64,000 nt of DNA from an uncultured Pseudomonadales bacterium (GTDB lineage: Bacteria > Patescibacteriota > Microgenomatia > UBA1400). The stretch is from positions 42,554 through 106,553 of the forward strand of contig CAZPUR010000003.1 of NCBI GenBank assembly GCA_964589815.1. The letters run 5' to 3'. Both the position numbers and the translations under genes were made by a program. Below are positions 1 through 8,812 of the stretch, one piece after another; the first letter of the stretch is position 1; each line of letters opens with the position of its first letter. Below the pieces are notes generated by a model, which was not told the origin of the DNA, did not search any database, and saw only the letters and a list, made by a program, of their open reading frames with translations.

Positions 1-1708
1 CTTCTACGCCAGCCTCTTCATGTTCGGCTTCATAAGTTTTAAGTTTGTCAAAAAATTTGGCAATGTTGCCGGCCTGGACTTCTTCTTTTTGATTTTTAAC
101 CTCTGCTAATTTTTGGAGCAGACCGCTATCGTCAAGAAAGTAATAAAGGATTTGGCCAGCTGTTTCCTTAGGAATGAGTTTTAAATGGCGGTAGATCATT
201 TTAACAATTTTTTTTATTTTTTCCTTGCTTTTTTCTGAAATTAAAATCTTGTCAACCTGCTCTGCAGCCTCAAACAAAGAAAGATTTATTTTTTTAGCCA
301 GATTCCGCAAAGCAGCAATGTCCCGGGCAGAAATCTTAAAAATATCCAAAGACAAAATTCTGAAAAAAGCGACGTTATCTTCAAAATTATAAATGACTTT
401 AAGATAGGCGATGAGATCTTTAACTTCTTCCTGGCGAAGAAGTTTACCCGGGCCTAAAAATTGGAAAGGAATTCCTTGACGAATAAAGCTTCGGACAAAA
501 GCATCAGCATGATTATTAGCTCGAACCAAAATGGCGACATCTTTATATTGATAAGAGGCTTGCCCTGAATCGTGTTTGCTCTGGTTCAGGCTTAGTTTTT
601 TGATTTCTTGAGCGACTAAATCAGCCTCGTTTTCTACTCGGTCGGTTAAGAAAAACTTGATTTTTTCTCCCTGCCTGCCTGCCGGCAGGCTTTTAATTCT
701 TCTAACAGAGATGAGTTTTTTATCAATATTTTCTTTGATTTCCAAACGGTCAGGGTTATTATGCTGAATTAAATCATAAGCCCGATTTAAAATTTCCTGA
801 GTGGAACGGTAATTTTGGGTTAAAGTAATAATTTTGGCTTGAGGATAGGCTTTTTTGAATTGGAGAACATTGGAAATAGCCGCTCCCCGCCATTTATAAA
901 TAGATTGATCATCGTCGCAAACAACGGTGAGGTTGGCTTTTTTACCTGCCAAGAGTTTTACCAATTGATTCTGGGCAATATTAGTATCTTGGTATTCATC
1001 AACTAGGATATATTTAAATCTTTGACCGTATTGGCGCAAAACATTTTTTCTAGTTCTAAAAAGCTTTAAAGTGTTACTAATTAAATCCCCAAAATCCATC
1101 ACTCCTTCTTTAATTTTCAATTCTTCATATTTTTGATAAGCCTTAGCCAATTCCAAATTTTTCTTCATCTCTTCATTTTGCTCTTTTCGTTTTGCTCTTT
1201 GCTCTTGAGCCCAATGAAGGTAATCATTGGGCGATACGTCCTCGTCTTTCAACCGGCTAAAATGGTTTAATAAACCATTTAAAAATTTGGTGGGATTACC
1301 AGCCGGTCGAAAATAATCTAATTTAAAGTCAAACAAATGTTTTTTTAAAAAAAGCAAAGTTTCTGCCTCGGTCATTAAAACATAATGGGGATCAAGACCG
1401 ATGTGTAGAGCTTCATCTCTGAGAATTCGATCGCAAAAAGAATGAAAAGTAGAAATCCACATTTGGAAAAAGCCGTAGGGCATAATTTGATCAACTCTTT
1501 CTTCCATTTCCAGAGCCGCTTTTTCGGTAAAAGTTAAAGCCAGAATTTCTTGAGGTTTAGCCTGTTTAGAAGAGATAAGATACTTTATTCTTTCGGTGAC
1601 GACGGTCGTTTTTCCTGTTCCCGCGCCGGCAATAATTAAAAGCGGATCTTGACCAAATTTAATTGCCTGAAGTTGTTCTTTGTTTAATTTCTTTTTTTCC
1701 TTGTCCAT
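1..1708 (-). CDS. UvrD/PcrA-family ATP-dependent DNA helicase, N-terminal ~569 codons (C-terminus beyond window start)
   Basis: Absent from the ORF track because it is open to the window edge. Own minus-strand translation from ATG at 1708 gives MDKEKKKLNKEQLQAIKFGQDPLLIIAGAGTGKTTVVTERIKYL (Walker A). ILVDEYQDTN motif lies near 985-1012. Confidence 0.85.
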   Translation of the reverse strand, partial: MDKEKKKLNKEQLQAIKFGQDPLLIIAGAGTGKTTVVTERIKYLISSKQAKPQEILALTFTEKAALEMEERVDQIMPYGFFQMWISTFHSFCDRILRDEALHIGLDPHYVLMTEAETLLFLKKHLFDFKLDYFRPAGNPTKFLNGLLNHFSRLKDEDVSPNDYLHWAQEQRAKRKEQNEEMKKNLELAKAYQKYEELKIKEGVMDFGDLISNTLKLFRTRKNVLRQYGQRFKYILVDEYQDTNIAQNQLVKLLAGKKANLTVVCDDDQSIYKWRGAAISNVLQFKKAYPQAKIITLTQNYRSTQEILNRAYDLIQHNNPDRLEIKENIDKKLISVRRIKSLPAGRQGEKIKFFLTDRVENEADLVAQEIKKLSLNQSKHDSGQASYQYKDVAILVRANNHADAFVRSFIRQGIPFQFLGPGKLLRQEEVKDLIAYLKVIYNFEDNVAFFRILSLDIFKISARDIAALRNLAKKINLSLFEAAEQVDKILISEKSKEKIKKIVKMIYRHLKLIPKETAGQILYYFLDDSGLLQKLAEVKNQKEEVQAGNIAKFFDKLKTYEAEHEEAGVE

Positions 1709-1716
1709 TATAAATG

Positions 1717-2757
1717 CTAAACTTCTTTTTTAAGTTGTTTGGGTTTTTCTGTAGTTTCCTCAATGGTTTCTGAGAGAGCTTGAGTTGAAGAGAGTTTCTG
1801 GCCCAAAAGGGAAAAGCTTTGCAGGGCATTGGAAAACTGGTTATAAGCATTATTAATATGTCTACCTAGCACTTGAAGGACACCTTCTGTTTTTTCATAA
1901 TCTTTGTTAATGGCCCTTAACATTGTAAAGACTTGGCGGGAGCGGGCCTCAATTTTCTTACCCTCAAAAGATAAAAGTATCATTTGTAAATGAGCATAAA
2001 GGGTGGTCGGCGAGACCGGATAAACCCGATTTTGGCGGGCAAAATCAGTCAGATCAGGAATATTGGCAATTTCATAATAAACTGGTTCTGAAGGCACATA
2101 CATTAAAGCAAAATCCATCGTACCTTCTTCAGGTAAAATATATTTTTTAGAAATATCCCTAATATGTTTTTTAACATCAGCCGTAAAAGTCCTTTTTATT
2201 TTTATTCTTTCTGTTTTTGTTTCTGCTTTCACCATTCTTTGGAAATTCTCCATAGGAAATTTAGAGTCTATGGGTAAAAGGCCGGCATCGGTTTTTAAAG
2301 CCGCATCCACTTTTTCTCCTGATTTAAAAGAATATTGGAGATGAAAGCTATTCTTAGGAAACATTTGGGAGATCAGGTCCTTTAGCACTTCTTCACCAAT
2401 ATTGCCTCTAAGTTTGGGACTTTTTAGAAATTCTTGCAGGTCTTTCATCGAACGGCCAATTTCGCTCATTTGACCGACTTCTTTACTAACTTGGGCAATA
2501 AAGCGAGCGGCATTATCTAACCTTTCGTTTAAAGTTTTAGTAGATTGATGGAGGGTGTTAGAAATAGTTTTTGATTGATTCTGCAACCCTTTTTGTAGGT
2601 CTGAAGTGCCTTTTTGCAGGGTTTCAATGACTTTTAACAAATTTTCGTCAGATTTAACACTTTCACTTAAACGGCTTAATTTATGATTAATCAACCAGGC
2701 AATCAAACCTAAGCCGGCAATAATTAAAGCAGCGATCAGATATATTTCATTTGTCAT
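1717..2757 (-). CDS. rmuC: DNA recombination protein RmuC
   Basis: ORF-track protein has an N-terminal TM helix, a coiled-coil and a RmuC-like C-terminal nuclease-type domain (MYVPSEPVYYE, YPVSPTTLYAHLQ). ATG at 2757 preferred over the TTG at 2763. Confidence 0.8.
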   Translation of the reverse strand: MTNEIYLIAALIIAGLGLIAWLINHKLSRLSESVKSDENLLKVIETLQKGTSDLQKGLQNQSKTISNTLHQSTKTLNERLDNAARFIAQVSKEVGQMSEIGRSMKDLQEFLKSPKLRGNIGEEVLKDLISQMFPKNSFHLQYSFKSGEKVDAALKTDAGLLPIDSKFPMENFQRMVKAETKTERIKIKRTFTADVKKHIRDISKKYILPEEGTMDFALMYVPSEPVYYEIANIPDLTDFARQNRVYPVSPTTLYAHLQMILLSFEGKKIEARSRQVFTMLRAINKDYEKTEGVLQVLGRHINNAYNQFSNALQSFSLLGQKLSSTQALSETIEETTEKPKQLKKEV

Positions 2758-2783
2758 TAACAATATTATACAATGAGATTAAG

Positions 2784-3122
2784 ATGGTTAAAAGACGACG
2801 TAAAAATTTTTTCCCAGCCTTAATTCTGATATTTTTCTTTTGGACGACCCTAATTCTAATGATTTTTTTTGTTGAACCAAGTTTAGTAAAAGACATCTTA
2901 ATTCCCGGTTTTTATTTACCTTTTTTTCTTAACCTGTTTTTGGCTTTATTTTTTACTTTAGCCATAATTTTTGGTCATTCCAAAAAAGGTTTTTTATGGT
3001 CTTTGGGAGTAATAATTTTTCTAATTCTACGTTTGTTTGATTTGGGAAATATTTTAAATATTATCTTAATAGCCGGTTTAATTTTTGCCCTTGATTATCA
3101 CTTTACCCAACGCCATAGTTAG
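2784..3122 (+). CDS. small integral membrane protein, unknown function
   Basis: ORF 2751..3122 trimmed to the ATG at 2784 (MVKRRRKNFFPAL). Three to four hydrophobic segments. Confidence 0.5.
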   Translation: MVKRRRKNFFPALILIFFFWTTLILMIFFVEPSLVKDILIPGFYLPFFLNLFLALFFTLAIIFGHSKKGFLWSLGVIIFLILRLFDLGNILNIILIAGLIFALDYHFTQRHS

Positions 3123-3214
3123 GAATTGGGTTTTCATGGCTCCTTGATATATTAAGAATAATGTGATACTAATTTAATTGATTAAACCAACTTCTGCCCA
3201 GGAAAGGAATTTTA

Positions 3215-3577
3215 ATGCAAATCTCCAAAAATAGACTTAATCACCAGGTTAAGATACAAATTAGGAATATTTTTTGTCAGACTTTGGCAGATTTAAAAAG
3301 AAGAGGAGATGTAGAGATTTTTATCCGCGATTTTCTTAGTCCCACAGAACAGTCGGTGCTGACCAAACGGTTGGCCATTGCCATGTATTTAGAGAAGGGT
3401 CGTTCCTATGAGCAAATAAAGTCAACTTTGAAAGTTTCTTCAGCCACGATTGCCAATGTAGATAAGATGATGAATGAGAAAAGTGAAGGTTTTGTTTTAG
3501 CTTTACGCCGGATCGAAGCCGAAGAATGGGCCGACAAACTGACGAAAAGGATTACAGGTTTTCTTAAAAAGCCTTAA
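3215..3577 (+). CDS. TrpR-like YerC/YecD-family DNA-binding protein
   Basis: LSPTEQSVLTKRLAIAMYLEKGRSYEQIKSTLKVSSATIANV matches the YerC/YecD HTH pattern. Confidence 0.7.
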   Translation: MQISKNRLNHQVKIQIRNIFCQTLADLKRRGDVEIFIRDFLSPTEQSVLTKRLAIAMYLEKGRSYEQIKSTLKVSSATIANVDKMMNEKSEGFVLALRRIEAEEWADKLTKRITGFLKKP

Positions 3578-3604
3578 TTAGTTAAACTTCTTTTTTTTCT
3601 CCTC

Positions 3605-3631
3605 GTCATTCCGGATTTGGTCCGGAATGAC
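3605..3631. repeat. GTCATTCC-type hairpin repeat (GTCATTCCGGA-TTTGG-TCCGGAATGAC)
   Basis: Perfect 11-bp stem read directly. Related GTCATYC hairpins at 26893, 38718, 39795 and 45578. Confidence 0.8.
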
Positions 3632-3655
3632 AAAAGGTTTCTGTCTTGATAAAAT
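3627..3655 (+). promoter_or_regulatory. putative metG promoter (-35 ATGACA, 17 nt, extended -10 TGaTAAAAT)
   Basis: -35 lies in the 3' arm of the hairpin. -10 at 3650-3655, only 9 nt before the ATG at 3665 (very short leader). Confidence 0.5.
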
Positions 3656-3664
3656 ATCCTTACG

Positions 3665-5128
3665 ATGACTAAAAAATTTTATATTACTGCTGCTATTCCT
3701 TATGTTAATGCCGCGCCCCATATTGGACATACCTTAGAGTTTGTTCAGGCTGATGTGATGGCACGCTATCATGAATTATTGGGAGAAGAGGTAATTTTTT
3801 TATCTGGAGCTGATGAAAATGCTCAAAAGAATGTCCAAGCCGCTAAAGAAAACAATACTACTCCTAAAAAATGGTGTGATATTAATTCACAAAAATTTTT
3901 CAATCTTAAAGAGCTTCTTAATTTAACTAATAATTTTGTCTTTCAAAGAGCAACTGATAAGAAACATCACCACGCCTCACAAAAATTATGGCAACTTTGT
4001 AAAAAAGAAGATATCGAGCCTAGAAAATATAAAGGTCTATATTGTGTTGGTTGTGAAGAATTCAAAACAAACAAAGATTTAATTAAAGGCAGGTGTCCAG
4101 AACACCCGAATGAAAATCTTGAAAAAGTTGAAGAAGAAAACTATTTTTTTAAACTTACTCATTACCAAACTTTTTTAAAAGACTTAATCTGTAATGATAA
4201 ACTAGAGATTATTCCTGAGCAAAGAAAAAATGAGGTCTTGTCTTTTATAGAGCTTGGTTTAAAAGATTTTAGCATTTCCAGGTCAGCTAAGCGTATGGGT
4301 GGTTGGGGAATTCCTGTCCCTGGCGACCCCTCTCAAGTAATGTATGTTTGGTTTGACGCTCTCAATGTTTATCAATCTGGTGTTGGTTTTGGTTGGGATG
4401 AAAAGAAATACCAAAAATGGTGGCCAGCAGACGTTCACTGTATTGGTAAAGGGATTCTTCGCTTTCATGCTATCTATTGGCCAGCGATTTTAAAATCAGC
4501 CGGTCTAAAATTGCCAAAAAAGATTTTTGTCCATGGTTACTTAACCATTGAAGGCCAAAAAATTTCTAAAAGCCTAGGGAATGTGATTAATCCTGAAGAC
4601 GTAGTGGAAAAATATGGTACAGATGCTTTACGCTACTTTTTATTAAAAACAATTCATCCTTATCAGGATGGAGATTTTAGTTGGAAGCTTTTTAAAGAAG
4701 TTTACAATGCTGATTTGGCTAATGGGATTGGGAATTTAATACAACGAGTTGCTAAATTAGCAGAAAAAGTTGATTTAAGGAATTTTAAAAGAATAGCTTG
4801 GAAGGATTCTAGTTTAGGATTAGGGGTGCGTACTGTTATTAATCTTTTTGAGTTCCATACTGCCCTTGGTCTTATCTGGGAACAGATTACTAAATTAGAT
4901 AAATATATAGATACTACTAAACCGTGGGGAAAAGAAGGTAATGAATTGAAAAAGCTTTTACAAAAACCAATTGAGCAACTTTTGGAGATTGCTTATTTAT
5001 TAAAACCCTTTTTACCAGCCACAGCAGAGAAAATTGAAAAGATCTTTATCCCGCACCAAAAAGGTACGGGACAAGCTGCTAGCGAGATTAAAGCCCCTCA
5101 AAAACCCCTCTTTCCCCGTTTAAAATAA
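3665..5128 (+). CDS. metG: methionine--tRNA ligase
   Basis: N-terminus YITAAIPYVNAAPHIGH (HIGH motif) and KISKSLGN (KMSKS motif). Confidence 0.95.
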   Translation: MTKKFYITAAIPYVNAAPHIGHTLEFVQADVMARYHELLGEEVIFLSGADENAQKNVQAAKENNTTPKKWCDINSQKFFNLKELLNLTNNFVFQRATDKKHHHASQKLWQLCKKEDIEPRKYKGLYCVGCEEFKTNKDLIKGRCPEHPNENLEKVEEENYFFKLTHYQTFLKDLICNDKLEIIPEQRKNEVLSFIELGLKDFSISRSAKRMGGWGIPVPGDPSQVMYVWFDALNVYQSGVGFGWDEKKYQKWWPADVHCIGKGILRFHAIYWPAILKSAGLKLPKKIFVHGYLTIEGQKISKSLGNVINPEDVVEKYGTDALRYFLLKTIHPYQDGDFSWKLFKEVYNADLANGIGNLIQRVAKLAEKVDLRNFKRIAWKDSSLGLGVRTVINLFEFHTALGLIWEQITKLDKYIDTTKPWGKEGNELKKLLQKPIEQLLEIAYLLKPFLPATAEKIEKIFIPHQKGTGQAASEIKAPQKPLFPRLK

Positions 5129-5147
5129 AGTGAAATAATAAAAATTA

Positions 5148-5984
5148 ATGCTAGTTGATACTCATTGCCATCTTAATTTTCAGATTTTTAAGGGTAGAGT
5201 TAGAGAAGTTATTGAGGGGGCGAAAAAAGCGGGTGTGGAGAAAATGATTGTGCCAGGAACAGACTTGGAGACTAGTAAAAAAGCAGTAGAACTGGCTGAA
5301 AAATATCAAGAGGTTTATGCGGCCGTAGGCATTCATCCCCACCATGCTAGAATTAAGAATTTAGAATTAAGAATTAAGAATAAGTTAAAAGCATTAGCTA
5401 GAAATAAGTCTGTGGTGGCCATTGGAGAATGTGGTCTGGATTATTATCAATATCAGAAAACAAAATACAAAGATTATAAAATTAATGATCAGTTCAAACA
5501 AAAGCAAAAAGAAGTCTTCAAAATACAGATAGATTTAGCTAGGGAGCTAAAACTTCCTTTAATTATTCATAATCGTAAAGCTTCTGAGGACATTTTAGAA
5601 ATAATTGGAAATTGGAAACCTGCCCGTCCGGCAGGCGGGTTGGAAATTGGAAATTTTAATGGCGTTTTCCATTGTTTTGAAGGTGACGAGAAATTATTAA
5701 CCTGGGGACTAAAACACAATTTTTATTTTGGTATTACCGGGAATGTAACTTATAATGAAAAGATCAAGCAATCAATTAGAAAAATTCCTTTAAAGAATCT
5801 ATTAACCGAAACTGATACTCCTTATTTAGTTCCGGAACCTTTACATTCTCAAAAAATCTTTCCAAATGAACCTAAAAATGTTAAAATACTGGCCAAACGA
5901 ATCGCTGAGATAAAAGGCGATTCTTTTTTAAGAATAGAAGAACAAACAACCAAGAATGCAGTTCAATTATTTAAATTAGAATAA
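5148..5984 (+). CDS. tatD: TatD-family metal-dependent hydrolase/DNase
   Basis: MLVDTHCHLNF start, GECGLDYY and LIIHNR motifs. Confidence 0.9.
   Translation: MLVDTHCHLNFQIFKGRVREVIEGAKKAGVEKMIVPGTDLETSKKAVELAEKYQEVYAAVGIHPHHARIKNLELRIKNKLKALARNKSVVAIGECGLDYYQYQKTKYKDYKINDQFKQKQKEVFKIQIDLARELKLPLIIHNRKASEDILEIIGNWKPARPAGGLEIGNFNGVFHCFEGDEKLLTWGLKHNFYFGITGNVTYNEKIKQSIRKIPLKNLLTETDTPYLVPEPLHSQKIFPNEPKNVKILAKRIAEIKGDSFLRIEEQTTKNAVQLFKLE
5605..5653 (+). repeat. 21-nt GC palindrome (CCTGCCCGTCCGGCAGGCGGG) flanked by 14-nt perfect direct repeats TTGGAAATTGGAAA, inside tatD
   Basis: Read directly: left repeat 5605-5618, core 5619-5639, right repeat 5640-5653. The ORF stays open (KPARPAGGLEIGN). Confidence 0.85.
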
Positions 5985-5987
5985 ATT

Positions 5988-7475
5988 ATGATTAGAGCAT
6001 TTATTGAAAAGCACGAAAAAAAGGTTCATCGTCTTTTAGAAATTTTACCCGGAGTTTTCTCTTGGTCTTTAATTTTATTTCCTTTTTGGGGTTCTTTTGT
6101 GATCCCAGTAGTAGTCGCTTATTATATTATTGCCTTTGATGTTTATTGGTTTTACCGTTCGGCTTCGGTAATGTTTTTAGCCTTAGGATCATATTTTAAA
6201 ATTAGGGCTGCTCAAAGATATAATTGGATGAGCGATGTTAGAGATTTTGGTGACTGGGGTCGTGTTCATCATATCGTGGTGATTCCTACTTATCAAGAAC
6301 CCTTATACATTCTACGTCGGACTTTAACGGCTTTGAAAAATCAAACTTTTCCTACTAAAAAGATTTCTATTGTTTTGGGCTTTGAAAAAAGAGAAGGTCA
6401 GCCAGCAAGGAAAAAATCAAGAATTTTATCCCAAGAGTATAAAAATTTTTTTGCTAACCTTTTAACTACTTTTCATCCTGATATGCCAGGAGAAGTGAAA
6501 GGTAAATCTTCAAATATTGCCTATGCCGCCAAAATTGCCCAAAAAGAAATTGTTAATAGACAAAAGAAAAAGCTTGACTATATTTTAGTCACCTCAGCTG
6601 ATGCTGATGCTCGGTTCCACCAATCATATTTTGCCTGCTTGAGTTATAAGTTTTTAGATAATCCCCAACGTTATCATCTCATTTTTCAACCAGCAATTAT
6701 GTATTACAACAATATCTGGCGAGCACCTGCTCCGGTAAGGGTTTTTTCTAGTGCTTCAAGCCTGGTACAAACAGGTCTTTTAAATAGGAAAGATAGACTG
6801 ATTAATTTTTCTACTTACTCAACCAGTCTTAGGTTGGTTGAGGCGGTTGGTTATTGGGACGTCGACGTTATTCCTGAAGATTACCGCTTCTTTTTTAAAG
6901 CCTATTTTGCTTTAAAAGGCAAAGTAGAAGTAGAGCCAATATTCTTACCTGTTTATGCTGACGCGGTCCTTTCCACTTCTTTCTTAAAGACAATGAAGAA
7001 TCAATATGAACAAGTTAAACGTTGGGCCTGGGGAGTTTCTGATGACGCTTATATTATTAAAAAATGGTTAACTGTTCCCGGTTTGCCTTTCTGGGATAAA
7101 ACCTTAAGGGTTTTAAAAGTACTTGAGGATCATTTTTTGTGGCCGGTCAACTGGTTTGCCATCACCTTGGGAGCAACTTTGCCCCCCTTGTTAAACGAAG
7201 ATTTTGCCAGAACTATTATAGGTAAAAGATTACCTCAGACTGCTTCTTTAATCCTCAGTTTTTCTTTAATCGCTTTAATTATTGCTATTTATATTGATTT
7301 AAAACAACGACCCAAGATAGAAACATTGCCTTTCTGGCGTCGAATAGTGACACCCTTTGAATTTATTCTTTTACCAATAGTAGGGTTCTTTTTTACTGCT
7401 TTACCAGGATTAGATGCTCACACGAGGTTAATGTTGGGTAAGTATATTGAATATCGGGTGACAGAAAAAGTTTAG
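5988..7475 (+). CDS. membrane-bound family-2 glycosyltransferase, processive synthase type
   Basis: Multi-TM protein with GT2 core (VVIPTYQE, TSADADA) and Q-x-x-R-W-like motif QVKRWAWG. Confidence 0.75.
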   Translation: MIRAFIEKHEKKVHRLLEILPGVFSWSLILFPFWGSFVIPVVVAYYIIAFDVYWFYRSASVMFLALGSYFKIRAAQRYNWMSDVRDFGDWGRVHHIVVIPTYQEPLYILRRTLTALKNQTFPTKKISIVLGFEKREGQPARKKSRILSQEYKNFFANLLTTFHPDMPGEVKGKSSNIAYAAKIAQKEIVNRQKKKLDYILVTSADADARFHQSYFACLSYKFLDNPQRYHLIFQPAIMYYNNIWRAPAPVRVFSSASSLVQTGLLNRKDRLINFSTYSTSLRLVEAVGYWDVDVIPEDYRFFFKAYFALKGKVEVEPIFLPVYADAVLSTSFLKTMKNQYEQVKRWAWGVSDDAYIIKKWLTVPGLPFWDKTLRVLKVLEDHFLWPVNWFAITLGATLPPLLNEDFARTIIGKRLPQTASLILSFSLIALIIAIYIDLKQRPKIETLPFWRRIVTPFEFILLPIVGFFFTALPGLDAHTRLMLGKYIEYRVTEKV

Positions 7476-7492
7476 TTGGTTATAATGAGTTT

Positions 7493-8812
7493 ATGAACCA
7501 ACTGACCACTTCACTTTGGGGAGATGAAAGTTTTACCGCCGTCGCCGTGCAAGAAAACTTCTTCCGGATGCTGGAAATTGTCATCAAAGATACGGCCCCG
7601 CCTCTTTACTATATCCTTCTTTTCATTTGGACCAGGATTTTTGGCCATTCAGAAGTAGCCATCCGGAGTCTATCAGTTTTACTTTATTTAGGGACGGTTT
7701 TTTTAGTTTACTTAATTGCCAAACATATTTGGCATAAAAAAGCGGGTTTATTAGCGGTTTTACTTTGTTTGGCCAATCCTTTTTTATTTCCTTTTGCTTT
7801 TGAAGCTAGAATGTACGCTATTTTGGTTTTTACCGTCACCTTGTCTTTTTACTTTTTTATTAAAAATAATTTTTGGGGCTATGTGTTAGGTTCAACCGCG
7901 GCCATTTATTCACACCACTATGCTGTTTTACCTTTAATTTTTCAGTTTGGCTGGAGATTATTTACTACTAAAAAAATAAAGAAAAATTGGTTTAGGTTTT
8001 TAAAACCATATTTATTTATTGGCCTTTTTTATCTTCCCTGGCTTTATCCTCTATATAAACAGGTAACCATGGTATCTGGAGGCTTTTGGCTGGGCAAACC
8101 AAAATTAATAGATCTCTTTGGGCTTTTTGTTAAATATTTAATTGGAGGGAATATTGTTTTTCAATGGCAGAAATATCTGTTGGTTTTGGCTGTTTTAATT
8201 CTAGTTTTGAAAAAATGGAAATTTAAACTTAAAGAAAATTCAATTTTAATTGGCTGGGTATTGGCTCCTGTTTTATTAGCCTTTCTTTTATCTCAGGGGA
8301 AAACCTCGCTTTTTTATGATCGCTATTTGATTTTTATCATTCCCGGATTAATGTTGCTTTTAACTGGGGGCTTAAGAAAAATCTCTCTAGTTTTAATTTT
8401 ATTATTTTGCCTGCCCTTATTTTATGTTAATTTTTATTATTTTAATCACCCCACTAAAAGACCTTTTCGTCAGTTGGTGGCCTATATAAAAAAAGAAATT
8501 AAAAAGGATGATTTTTTAATTAATTTTAATGGTGGAGCTCATCACTTGTGGGAAACAAAATATTATGGTCTTGAGGCTCCTTTATACGTTCCCGAAGGCG
8601 ATTTGCCCTTTTATGTAGGTACGGCTCAAATGAGTGATGAGGATATAATTCGTCAGCTGCCTGATAAGGAAAGAATAGGAGTGATTAGCAGCGAAGAACC
8701 TGAATCTATGCAAATTAATGGTTTTGCGTTAAAATCTTATCAAGAATTCGGAGAGCTTTCTTTTTCTTGGTTTTCGCGCCAAATGAGACTTGAAAAAAAT
8801 GGACAAGAATAA
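7493..8812 (+). CDS. GT-C fold glycosyltransferase (family 39 / ArnT-PMT-like)
   Basis: Polytopic membrane protein with an N-terminal loop DE motif (LWGDESFTAV), as in ArnT/PMT enzymes. Confidence 0.65.
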   Translation: MNQLTTSLWGDESFTAVAVQENFFRMLEIVIKDTAPPLYYILLFIWTRIFGHSEVAIRSLSVLLYLGTVFLVYLIAKHIWHKKAGLLAVLLCLANPFLFPFAFEARMYAILVFTVTLSFYFFIKNNFWGYVLGSTAAIYSHHYAVLPLIFQFGWRLFTTKKIKKNWFRFLKPYLFIGLFYLPWLYPLYKQVTMVSGGFWLGKPKLIDLFGLFVKYLIGGNIVFQWQKYLLVLAVLILVLKKWKFKLKENSILIGWVLAPVLLAFLLSQGKTSLFYDRYLIFIIPGLMLLLTGGLRKISLVLILLFCLPLFYVNFYYFNHPTKRPFRQLVAYIKKEIKKDDFLINFNGGAHHLWETKYYGLEAPLYVPEGDLPFYVGTAQMSDEDIIRQLPDKERIGVISSEEPESMQINGFALKSYQEFGELSFSWFSRQMRLEKNGQE

